IMG/VR virus record: IMGVR_UViG_3300045988_115487
Coordinates: 1-13,202 of that record
DNA: 13,202 nt
Reading direction: 5' to 3' (one strand)
DNA from: a virus
Of this stretch, positions 1 through 7,204 are shown in pieces. Within the stretch, counting starts at the first letter, position 1, and the number at the start of each line of letters is the position of its first letter. The translations under genes were made by a program, and so were the position numbers. The notes below the pieces were generated by a model. The model saw only the letters and a list, made by a program, of their open reading frames with translations. It did not search any database and was not told the DNA's origin.

Positions 1-73
1 AATACTCAAGTCCGTGGTGGACGGACAAATTTCTTCCCCACACGGACACATGTGTATGTCTATGACGGACACG
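1..73. repeat. Left inverted terminal repeat (73 bp)
   Basis: Bases 1-73 are the exact reverse complement of 13130-13202, checked base by base. Identity breaks at position 74 versus 13129. The repeat contains ACGGAC at 21-26, 42-47 and 65-70, an inverted copy GTCCGT at 10-15, and a 10-bp palindrome ACACATGTGT at 46-55. Confidence 0.97.
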
Positions 74-101
74 AAAAAAGACCCCGGTCAAAACCGAGGT
101 C
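74..101 (-). terminator. Rho-independent terminator ending the minus-strand transcription unit(s)
   Basis: The minus-strand RNA reads GACCUCGG-UUUUGA-CCGGGGUC followed by UUUUUU. This is an 8-bp stem with one G.U pair and a 6-nt loop, followed by a 6-U tract. It starts 14 nt after the TAA stop of the last gene and directly abuts the ITR. Confidence 0.8.
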
Positions 102-115
102 AAACATTTGTTCGC

Positions 116-1441
116 TTACTGGAAAAGTGGGTCGAACACAAATTCACCAAAATCCACACATTCAATCTGGTTGATATCATATCTCAAATAGTTTCTTTTT
201 TCAGTATTAATTGCATGCATAATTAAATACACTTTTTTCTCTGAAATTTTGATAACCCCTTGTACAATCTTGAATAAATTCGCTTCCCCTGCTGTGCCAG
301 TTTCTTTTCCCCTAAGAATCACGCTACACGGTAAAGTACAGTCTGTTGCATTGAAATGGATTGCAGGACTGTCAATAGAACCCACTTCCAACGGAGTACC
401 GTCCAGTTTTAAGTTTGGAACATTTATCTCACTGAGTTTAAGCTCTAAACATCTCACTTTAGCAGTGCCATTAAAAATGGAATATCTGATTTTCGCACCG
501 CCTTTACCTGGAATATTGGTGGTCTTTGTAAAAGTTGTACCATACTCAATACTGTTAATCGGCTTAAAATAAAGTCCGTCAAACGCTCCAATCACCATAT
601 TTAGAATATTCTTATGACCCTGTTCGGACGGGTGTACACCGTCATTTGAAAAAGATGATTCATACAGCATACCCTGATACGCTGGTATAACACTAAATCC
701 CAATTGAGCGGCTGAATATATCCAGATTTTAATTGCTTTAATCACACTGATATACTTTGTTGATGTGTGAATCCCCTGTTGATGTCCTTCCCATGTCCAA
801 CCCATAGGACACACAACGACATTTTTACAGTTTTCAAAATTATTTGATATTGCGCTCTGGAAATCAATCATTCCCTGACTGATATCGTTCTCAGCAGCGT
901 TCCTGTCATTATAGCTTCCACCAATAATAATTTTGACAATATTTTTCTTGTCGTTCACCGTCATACTGCTAGCTAACTCGTTTAGCATATTGGTGAAAGT
1001 TTTTGTCCCGTCCGCTTTAAAACCGTAACCGCCAATAGCACACAGTTTTACAGTATATCCATTTTTTTCAAGAGCACTTTTAAGCATATACGCCCATGAA
1101 TATTCCTTATTAGATATATTTTCTCCAGCCGCATAACTGTCACCTAAAATAAGAATCGTAGGTTTATTAACTCTAGCCAGTGCTCCCTGTAATAAGGCAT
1201 CCGAAATTATTTCTGAAAGCTCACCACTCTCTTTCATTTCTTCTAGAATTCTTCTCACTTCACTATTAATTTCCAGTTTTGCAAAATAATCTGTTACAAA
1301 ATTTTTCAACTCTTCAAATCTATCCTGCAAATTAGAGAAATCGTCCTGCATCCTAAGCCATTCATCCGTCAACTTTTTTATTGTTTCTATAATCCATGTC
1401 AAGTTCATTTCATGGAAATTCGTATATGGAAATTTAAACAT
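116..1441 (-). CDS. Tail appendage / receptor-binding protein with a central SGNH (GDSL) hydrolase domain
   Basis: 441-aa ORF with an ATG preceded by AGGAG (9-nt spacer). All four SGNH blocks are readable: ILILGDSYAAG (block I, GDS at nt 1136-1144), CAIGGYG (II), IIIGGSYND (III) and DGVHPSEQGH (V, DxxH). The N-terminal ~95 aa are heptad-like (FPYTNFHEMNLTWIIETIKKL...). The C-terminal ~150 aa are beta-rich. It is the last gene of the structural block, in the position of phi29 gp12. Confidence 0.7.
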   Translation of the reverse strand: MFKFPYTNFHEMNLTWIIETIKKLTDEWLRMQDDFSNLQDRFEELKNFVTDYFAKLEINSEVRRILEEMKESGELSEIISDALLQGALARVNKPTILILGDSYAAGENISNKEYSWAYMLKSALEKNGYTVKLCAIGGYGFKADGTKTFTNMLNELASSMTVNDKKNIVKIIIGGSYNDRNAAENDISQGMIDFQSAISNNFENCKNVVVCPMGWTWEGHQQGIHTSTKYISVIKAIKIWIYSAAQLGFSVIPAYQGMLYESSFSNDGVHPSEQGHKNILNMVIGAFDGLYFKPINSIEYGTTFTKTTNIPGKGGAKIRYSIFNGTAKVRCLELKLSEINVPNLKLDGTPLEVGSIDSPAIHFNATDCTLPCSVILRGKETGTAGEANLFKIVQGVIKISEKKVYLIMHAINTEKRNYLRYDINQIECVDFGEFVFDPLFQ

Positions 1442-1454
1442 TTTCTCACACTCC

Positions 1455-2096
1455 TTAATACACTAACAAGAAGAACTCTTCTTTAAACATTTCAGTAATT
1501 TTACTCAACGCACTCATAGATTTTTCAAGCTTGAAATCCAACACCTCAAGTTCCGACATTCCCGTAGACTTTGTTTCTTTTTCCGTTTCTGTCGTTTCAT
1601 TTTTAGAATTCTTTGCGTTGTTGTTTGTCTCATTGTAGCTTGCTTTTCCTCCATAAGTAATGGTTGTGCTTCCCCTATCCACAAGTGACGTTGAGTTAAA
1701 CCCTGCTACTTTTTCAGCTGTTGAATCCGACCCGCTCGTTCCACTATTACTTTCCTGTTTTAAATTTTCTTTATCTTCTGTTTCAGACTTTCCTTTTCTG
1801 TCTCTTGTAATCGTCTCTGTTTTTGCGCCCTCTGTTTTGGAAATGGCGAGTTCTATATCATAGATAATCGAGAACAGTCTTTCATTTACAGATGACCATG
1901 AATTTAGAGCTAGTGCCATTTCAGTAGGTGACGGTATCAAAACTTCTAATTCAGCACATTTTAACAGAACATAGTTTTGAATATTTTCCTTTCCAATATC
2001 ATTTACCATATTGACAGGTAGATGATTTATGAAATTATCTTTCAACAGATTCTCATTCCATGCTAGCAGACCCTGCAAGTAAAGTTCCCCCGGCAT
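1455..2096 (-). CDS. Putative lower collar / head-tail adaptor protein with a low-complexity core
   Basis: The ORF track gives 1455..2114. The ATG at 2096 has a much better RBS (AGGGGGGTG, 6-nt spacer) than the one at 2114. The gene lies immediately downstream of the connector gene, as phi29 gene 11 does. The central ~90 aa are S/T/N/E/K-rich low complexity. The functional call rests on synteny only. Confidence 0.35.
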   Translation of the reverse strand: MPGELYLQGLLAWNENLLKDNFINHLPVNMVNDIGKENIQNYVLLKCAELEVLIPSPTEMALALNSWSSVNERLFSIIYDIELAISKTEGAKTETITRDRKGKSETEDKENLKQESNSGTSGSDSTAEKVAGFNSTSLVDRGSTTITYGGKASYNETNNNAKNSKNETTETEKETKSTGMSELEVLDFKLEKSMSALSKITEMFKEEFFLLVY

Positions 2097-2973
2097 TATT
2101 TTCACCCCCCTCATTATGACGCAATTTAACGTTTAGATTGAGATTAAACATTCTGTTTGTCTTTTCGACCCCTTCTTTCAATGTTTCAAGCCATAGTTCC
2201 ACTTTTGTGAAGCACTCAATATTGTTACTGTTTACCTCATCCACTATCATGCGTTCTTTCTTGTCACTTCTCGTGTTTGGTATGCCAACCTCATTGCAAA
2301 ACATTTCTTCCCATCGTCTTAACGTGTCCTGTAATTCAGGGGCGATAAAATTCTTTTTCAAGTCATTGTTAAAAAAATCTAACGGGATATTGCCATCTCC
2401 TATTTTCAGTTTTTCATCATAGAAAACTCCAAGTTCACCCCTCATTACATCGTCTAGAATTTTCTTCATTGATTCAGCCTGACTTTTTCCTCTCACAGCG
2501 AAAAGGAATGACAGCTTACTGTTCATGATATTCATTTCACATGATTCGGCGGTCATAGCCATATTATCTGCATAGTAATTTACGATATCGGAAATACCAC
2601 TATAATCCGGCTGTAATTTGATAAGAGAACACTGAGTGTTGATTTTAGGCTCTAAAATGCCAGTCAACAGAGGATTGACAATTATAGCGTGTGTGGGATT
2701 ATAATAGATGTTATATCCTCTCAATCCGCAATGCTGGCATATAACACCAAACTTATCTGTATTCACAACCGCCAGATATCCATTTAGAAACAGTGAATAC
2801 AGAAAGTAATTTTTATCCCACATTTCAGGCAACTCAAACTCAAATACAGACATAACTTTTTCAAGCAAATACTTTTTGAAAAACATAAACATTTGTGTGT
2901 TTTTCGTGTGAAGAGTTGACGGACTGTAAGACGAATTAAACAAGTTTACCATTTCGTAACTGTATGGCATCAT
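2053..2973 (-). CDS. Portal / connector (upper collar) protein, phi29 gp10-like
   Basis: 306 aa, versus 309 aa for phi29 gp10. The segment NTRSDKKERMIVDEVNSNNIE...LNLNVKLRH closely parallels my recollection of gp10 ([23 protein letters not shown]...GLNVKVKFRY). The RBS AAGGGGTG lies upstream of tandem ATGs. Confidence 0.85.
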   Translation of the reverse strand: MMPYSYEMVNLFNSSYSPSTLHTKNTQMFMFFKKYLLEKVMSVFEFELPEMWDKNYFLYSLFLNGYLAVVNTDKFGVICQHCGLRGYNIYYNPTHAIIVNPLLTGILEPKINTQCSLIKLQPDYSGISDIVNYYADNMAMTAESCEMNIMNSKLSFLFAVRGKSQAESMKKILDDVMRGELGVFYDEKLKIGDGNIPLDFFNNDLKKNFIAPELQDTLRRWEEMFCNEVGIPNTRSDKKERMIVDEVNSNNIECFTKVELWLETLKEGVEKTNRMFNLNLNVKLRHNEGGENNAGGTLLAGSASME

Positions 2974-2974
2974 A

Positions 2975-3622
2975 TCACCCCTTTATAAATACAGAACTCC
3001 AATATTGAGCATACTCATAACGTTCTGGCTGATTCAGGCTTGCCGGTCTCAGATAGTTATACATGAATGCATTGGTCAGAGTTTTCAAGTCATGGTTTCC
3101 AGTTGCCCATTCACGCCAAGTCATATTGTAACTAGATGTAGCATACCATTCCGGTTCAATACCTCTATTGGCATCTCCCACACTCTCTTGATATTCGGCG
3201 AACAACACAGCGCACTGTTTTCCACCATCGTACCAGTCGTCATGCTTGCCGTATAATAAATCAAGCACTGAGAGTAGTTTTGTTCCGGGTGTCCACTGTA
3301 CAAGTCCTCTACCGGGTCCATCTGCAGTGGTTCCACCGCCAACCTCCAATAGTCCGGGATTCATGGTACTTTCTTTCTCCATGTTTCCAAGTAACGCCAT
3401 ACGCGCAGTAGCACTCCAACCTCTCTCTTTGAAATAATTGTTAATGTTTGCGGCATTTTGCATCATCTTATCACGGGGAAAATATCCCTGTACTGTGTCA
3501 GTAACAAGAACGTTCCAATTTCCAGATGGCAGGGGAATTTCACCGCCACCACCACCGGAACCGCCTTTTTTAAGTCCTATCAATAATGCCGAATTATTAT
3601 AAGGATATCTCAACGAACTCAT
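2975..3622 (-). CDS. Tail-associated peptidoglycan hydrolase (phi29 gp13 N-terminal lysozyme-like domain only)
   Basis: 215 aa. ARMALLGNMEKESTMNPGLLE...GRGLVQWTPGTK...YLRPASLNQPERYEYAQYW parallels the gp13 N-terminal domain ([20 protein letters not shown]...GFGLVQWTP...[20 protein letters not shown]). An N-terminal glycine linker (GGSGGGGGE) is present. There is no C-terminal M23 peptidase domain. The start ATG overlaps the upstream stop (ATGA). Confidence 0.85.
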   Translation of the reverse strand: MSSLRYPYNNSALLIGLKKGGSGGGGGEIPLPSGNWNVLVTDTVQGYFPRDKMMQNAANINNYFKERGWSATARMALLGNMEKESTMNPGLLEVGGGTTADGPGRGLVQWTPGTKLLSVLDLLYGKHDDWYDGGKQCAVLFAEYQESVGDANRGIEPEWYATSSYNMTWREWATGNHDLKTLTNAFMYNYLRPASLNQPERYEYAQYWSSVFIKG

Positions 3623-5010
3623 GCGTAATAAAATCCTCCTTCCAAGTAATTTTTAATTGTGGTTATTTCTTCTGAATAGGCACCAATGATATTAACATTG
3701 CCATTTTCCACGATATAGAAACCGTTCCCCATTGATGAGGGCACACCATTCTTCATGTAAGGTCTACCGTTATCGGCGTTATCCTCATCTGTAATCTCAT
3801 AACAATCGGTTATAAGCTGAGTATTTACGAGCATTGATGCAACTGTGTCCGCCGATGAAAGTGCAGTAGCTTCTGCTTTAGTGAGTTGTAAACCTAAATT
3901 CAACAGTGATGAAGCAGATCCAATCCAGTTACCCGAAACAATACCGCCAACTGCCCCGACTGCTGACCCGATAGCACCCGGCAAGTCATTTTTAATATCA
4001 CCAATGGAAATAGAAAAACCAACTTTTCCGGGAACATTTGCTAACATGTATTTTTCAGTACCTTTTACGATGTATACATATGCGACCGCACCACCTGTTC
4101 TGCAATCTATATCACATTGTATTGTCAGCGTGTTCTCAATGATTTTCGAATAATTCAGTTCAATACTTCCAAATCCTTGTATGAACAACTTTCCCCGTCT
4201 ATACGGATAGCTGTTTAGGTATGAACCTCTCGTTCCTGCTTGCGGATGACTAGGAACATTTACAGTTGTTGATACACGATCAATAGCGTTTGATGATAGT
4301 CTAACTGCTATGGCGTCCACTTCCCACCACCCCAAACCGATTTTCGATTCTATGACTACTTCATCTTCCACAATATCGTAGGGAAACCATAATACAGATG
4401 TTATATATTGTGCAGGGTTGAAAACCATTTTTGCAATATCTTCACCTAAATCCGCTAAATCACCAGTGCCCATCCAAGTCATAGATGAAAATACACTTTC
4501 AGAAAATTTTACAAAACCTGCGTAATTAAATTTATAGTATTCACACATACCATTTTTACCTATAACCCCTACCACAAAAGTTCCTGATTTAATACTGTTA
4601 GCTTGTGGAAAAAGAGGTTGATTTGCCATAGTTGCGTTCCGTGTAGGGGCGCTGAATGACGGATATAAAGCGTCTGATATTCTACCATCAAAATTGGTAC
4701 TAGTTCTTATGATGTAATAACTCTTCTCGCCTATTTCATCTTTAAAACTTGCCATCACATCTACTTCCATATGGCACACCCACAACCCCGTACTGTATTC
4801 CCAATCATCCACGAAATAATATCGTTCAAATTCCGGAATATAGCAGTAATTGATTTTTTTCGGACTCCAGTCTTTCGCAAACTGAAATGTGATTGTAGGC
4901 TTTAAAATGGAGGAAGGGGCTCTTAAAGCCCCCTCATAATTTTTACCACCACTCGTGGGAATCCATGTAGAATTTTTCGCTTTACCGACATTAAAACATG
5001 TCACTATCAT
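3619..5010 (-). CDS. Tail knob (distal tube) protein, phi29 gp9-like
   Basis: 463 aa with an AGGAGG RBS (7-nt spacer). The N-terminal pattern YCYIPEFERYYFVDDWEY...HMEVDVMASF resembles gp9 (YIMFQNADYGNKWFYAFV...HFEIDVLQTW). A Gly-rich hydrophobic segment (GAIGSAVGAVGGIVSGNWIGSASSLLNLGL, nt 3883-3984) resembles the gp9 membrane-active loop. It follows the capsid gene as in phi29. Confidence 0.72.
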   Translation of the reverse strand: MIVTCFNVGKAKNSTWIPTSGGKNYEGALRAPSSILKPTITFQFAKDWSPKKINYCYIPEFERYYFVDDWEYSTGLWVCHMEVDVMASFKDEIGEKSYYIIRTSTNFDGRISDALYPSFSAPTRNATMANQPLFPQANSIKSGTFVVGVIGKNGMCEYYKFNYAGFVKFSESVFSSMTWMGTGDLADLGEDIAKMVFNPAQYITSVLWFPYDIVEDEVVIESKIGLGWWEVDAIAVRLSSNAIDRVSTTVNVPSHPQAGTRGSYLNSYPYRRGKLFIQGFGSIELNYSKIIENTLTIQCDIDCRTGGAVAYVYIVKGTEKYMLANVPGKVGFSISIGDIKNDLPGAIGSAVGAVGGIVSGNWIGSASSLLNLGLQLTKAEATALSSADTVASMLVNTQLITDCYEITDEDNADNGRPYMKNGVPSSMGNGFYIVENGNVNIIGAYSEEITTIKNYLEGGFYYA

Positions 5011-5025
5011 ACATGTGCCTCCTAA

Positions 5026-6222
5026 CTAATCGAGTAAGAAAACTACACCGTTTTCCGTGAAGTCATTGTAATATCTGTCATTGAAATGCCAGAAAATGTT
5101 ACTGTATCCGCCTCTTGCATTAAACGGTGATGGCGCTGACCATTCACCATAAGTTGTGATACCGACAGCTTCCTCATCGAATAATACTCCAAAAATATTG
5201 GAAGTAACTTCCCCCTCAGTATCAGAAACGACATTTCCGTCGGAGTTCATGTACGATGCTTTTACGTTGATTCCATCTGAACTGTCAATATTCTGCCAAA
5301 ATCCCACTTTTTCATGGTCTGCCATTTTAAGATAGCTGTCGTTAAAGATAGAGGACATAACAGTAGTGTCAATATTGTTCAGTTCTTCTGAATACAGATA
5401 CAATTTCTGCTTGTTGTATGGCGTATGCCTAGAAATCTCTTTTCCCGTCACATTAATGTGGAATTTTTGTGTCCTCTCAGTCATCCAATCGGATACTGTC
5501 TTAATATACCCTGTTGCCCATTTCATAAACGGCACAAAATTCTCTGGTTGTTTTACCGTTTCAGTAGTCAGCGTGGTTCCTGCCACATCATTGTATTTTG
5601 CCACAAGATGGATAACGTTGTCGGGGTCACCTTTTACTTTACCACCGATGAAGTTCACAAGCGTCATTCTTGCTGTTGCTTCATGCGCCTGTTCGATCAG
5701 ATCAGATGCATTTGTCATAACCATAGTGACGAACCTTTGAAATTCCTGTTCATTCTGCAGAGCAACGTTTAACTGGTCTCTAAACAGTGTAATATGTCTC
5801 TGATATACGTTTTGTCCGTAAAAATTTGTTTGAAGCACTTTCGGAATGGCAACCACCTGGTCGTCCACACTCGCACCGTTTTTCAAATCATATCTGTCAT
5901 CTTTTTCCCAATCAGAATCTGCGATGTTAAGTTTTCGCACGTGGTTTCCGAATCTCATATTATCCTGATACAAACCCTTGAACTTTCTGGAATACGGTCT
6001 GATAGAAAAAATGGTTCTGCTGAGCACCTGAGAAATCGCACCTAATAGTGGGTCAATTCCTAATCCGAGTGCAGTGGTGGCAACCGAAGTGAAATCACTG
6101 GTCGCAATTGCACTAATTGTGTTTCTACCTGTTGCCTGATTTACAATTTCATTTAAAACAGCTGCTGAATTAAAATTGTCTACATTAGGAGAATCTAACG
6201 ATAATTTAGTAACTGAACCCAT
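5026..6222 (-). CDS. Major capsid protein, phi29 gp8-like (no Ig-like C-terminal domain)
   Basis: 398 aa with an AAGGAG RBS, placed directly after the scaffold-like gene. The C-terminal ARGGYSNIFWHFNDRYYNDFTENGVVF resembles gp8 ([28 protein letters not shown]). Size and position fit an HK97-fold capsid protein. Confidence 0.72.
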   Translation of the reverse strand: MGSVTKLSLDSPNVDNFNSAAVLNEIVNQATGRNTISAIATSDFTSVATTALGLGIDPLLGAISQVLSRTIFSIRPYSRKFKGLYQDNMRFGNHVRKLNIADSDWEKDDRYDLKNGASVDDQVVAIPKVLQTNFYGQNVYQRHITLFRDQLNVALQNEQEFQRFVTMVMTNASDLIEQAHEATARMTLVNFIGGKVKGDPDNVIHLVAKYNDVAGTTLTTETVKQPENFVPFMKWATGYIKTVSDWMTERTQKFHINVTGKEISRHTPYNKQKLYLYSEELNNIDTTVMSSIFNDSYLKMADHEKVGFWQNIDSSDGINVKASYMNSDGNVVSDTEGEVTSNIFGVLFDEEAVGITTYGEWSAPSPFNARGGYSNIFWHFNDRYYNDFTENGVVFLLD

Positions 6223-6226
6223 GATA

Positions 6227-6589
6227 TCACTCCTTTACTGGCGGGTTAATAATTGATGCTAACATATCTCCTGTTGTTGGTGGTTCTGGAATCTGAGAAT
6301 TACTCAGGTTTCCAACCTGAATCAGTCTTGTAATCTCATCTAACCGGTTGTCCAGAACGCCCATACGCTGATTAAACATATCCTGAGTATTATTCTGAAT
6401 CGGAACCTGTACCGGAACTGGTGCCGGTGCTGGTGCCTGTGCCGGTGTTGGTGTCTGAATCTGAGCCGGTGCAGGTGCTGGCATCGTAGTGACCTGATAA
6501 TTCTGTGATGCCACTACTCCTGCAAGTTTGATAATATCATCTTTTGTGAATCCTGCACCAGACAGTGCAATGATATCTTCGATTTTCAT
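6227..6589 (-). CDS. Putative scaffolding protein with a Pro/Ala-rich linker
   Basis: 120 aa, immediately upstream of the capsid gene. It has a helical N-terminus (KIEDIIALSGAGFTKDDIIKLAG), a PAPAPAQIQTPTPAQAPAPAPVPVQVP linker and a helical C-terminus. The call rests on position and composition only. Confidence 0.45.
   Translation of the reverse strand: MKIEDIIALSGAGFTKDDIIKLAGVVASQNYQVTTMPAPAPAQIQTPTPAQAPAPAPVPVQVPIQNNTQDMFNQRMGVLDNRLDEITRLIQVGNLSNSQIPEPPTTGDMLASIINPPVKE
6401..6484 (-). repeat. Low-complexity GGTGC/CGGTG-type repeat tract encoding the (Pro-Ala)n linker
   Basis: The plus strand reads ...accggaactggtgccggtgctggtgcctgtgccggtgttggtgtctgaatctgagccggtgcaggtgctgg. These are imperfect 6-nt repeat units inside the scaffold-like ORF. 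Confidence 0.6.
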
Positions 6590-6595
6590 GTGTTA

Positions 6596-6898
6596 TCATT
6601 CCTTTCTTGTTAAATATTTTTTATTACAAAAACCTGCATAAATCTTTCCGCTGTCTGAGTATTCGCAAAGATACCATTCCATAGTAGCATCTGTGAACCC
6701 GTAACAAAAAACAGTACGTCCTTTTTGCATCTCTACAATGATATTTGCGTTTGTATCTGGCTTATCACGCAACAACAGAGGGGAACTCTTTGTGCTTATC
6801 TTGTATTCACCATATACGTCACAGTCTGGTATAATGTCAATCATTCCGTACTGTTCTTCAATATCAGGGTCTAGTAGAATTTTTGCGCCTAATGGCAT
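6596..6898 (-). CDS. Stand-alone SH3b-like (cell-wall-binding type) domain protein
   Basis: The track ORF begins at a GTG (6907). The ATG at 6898 sits 8 nt after GGAG. Residues ~34-100 (YKISTKSSPLLLRDKPDTNANIIVEMQKGRTVFCYGF...EWYLCEYSDSGKIYAGFCNKKYL) fit the bacterial SH3_3 pattern (LNVRsgPs...vig.l.kG..v.v...gWykv...G..GyV...YL). No catalytic domain is attached. Confidence 0.5.
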   Translation of the reverse strand: MPLGAKILLDPDIEEQYGMIDIIPDCDVYGEYKISTKSSPLLLRDKPDTNANIIVEMQKGRTVFCYGFTDATMEWYLCEYSDSGKIYAGFCNKKYLTRKE

Positions 6899-6903
6899 CT
6901 GTA

Positions 6904-7098
6904 TCACTCCTTCACGTCCAGTTTATCGGCAAGTTTCTGAATTGCCATTGTATTGTTGTTCAGAACCTCTGTGAGGTTGTGTATCTCTTCTTTGTGGTTT
7001 TCAGTCTCTCTGTACCATAAATAAAAGGTTACTGCAAGGCAAGCTACAGGTACACCCAAAGAGCTAAATAACTGACTTACTGCCTGAATCCATTCCAT
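6904..7098 (-). CDS. BhlA/UviB-family holin-like protein
   Basis: The track ORF starts at a TTG (7146). The ATG at 7098 has a strong RBS (GAGGGGGGAG, 7-nt spacer). This gives 64 aa: MEWIQAVSQLFSSLGVPVACLAVTFYLWY (a single N-terminal TM segment) followed by a charged coiled-coil tail (RETENHKEEIHNLTEVLNNNTMAIQKLADKLDVKE). The architecture and length match BhlA/UviB holin-like peptides. Confidence 0.55.
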   Translation of the reverse strand: MEWIQAVSQLFSSLGVPVACLAVTFYLWYRETENHKEEIHNLTEVLNNNTMAIQKLADKLDVKE

Positions 7099-7126
7099 AT
7101 TGTCACTCCCCCCTCTTTTGAATTGA

Positions 7127-7195
7127 GGGGAAGTGCTGTGAGCCAACCAAACTCATGTACACGGGTTCCGCCCGTTGGTTTTGTACCACTCCCCC
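7127..7195 (-). ncRNA. Structured RNA element (nested stems) between the ATPase and holin genes; function unknown
   Basis: The minus-strand RNA has GGGGGAGUG (7195-7187) pairing with CACUUCCCC (7135-7127) over 9 bp with one G.U. Inside this, AACCAA (7180-7175) pairs with UUGGUU (7150-7145). Innermost is a hairpin ACGGG-CGGAA-CCCGU (7175-7161). No U-tract follows it. It lies in a 112-nt non-coding gap. Confidence 0.45.
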
Positions 7196-7204
7196 TACAA
7201 CGAT

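Noticed and set aside
3121-3342. Nested minus-strand ORFs 3121..3342 (73 aa) and 5043..5234 (63 aa)
   Set aside because: Both sit in alternative frames entirely inside the gp13-like and capsid genes. They have no RBS and no recognisable features, so they are most likely chance ORFs.
6815-6845. Internal TTGACA hexamers inside genes (for example minus strand at ~6835, 5366, 5281, 10545, 10883, 1395, 370)
   Set aside because: None is followed at 17 nt by an acceptable -10 with the TGn and ttGTA context seen at P1 to P3. They are best explained as chance occurrences in AT-rich coding sequence.
6596-6907. GroES-like co-chaperonin reading of the 100-aa protein. The N-terminal PLGAKILLDPDIEEQYGMIDIIPD resembles GroES PLGDRVvv...E..t.sGIvlPd, and the ~100 aa size and the position upstream of scaffold and capsid also fit.
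   Set aside because: The C-terminal two thirds fit the SH3b pattern much better than GroES, and the mobile-loop region is poorly matched. I keep it as an alternative that HHpred or structure prediction should test.
7127-7195. Intrinsic terminator between the ATPase and late genes
   Set aside because: The stem is strong but is followed by UCAAUUCAAAAG rather than a U-tract. The element is therefore reported as a structured RNA of unknown function rather than as a terminator.
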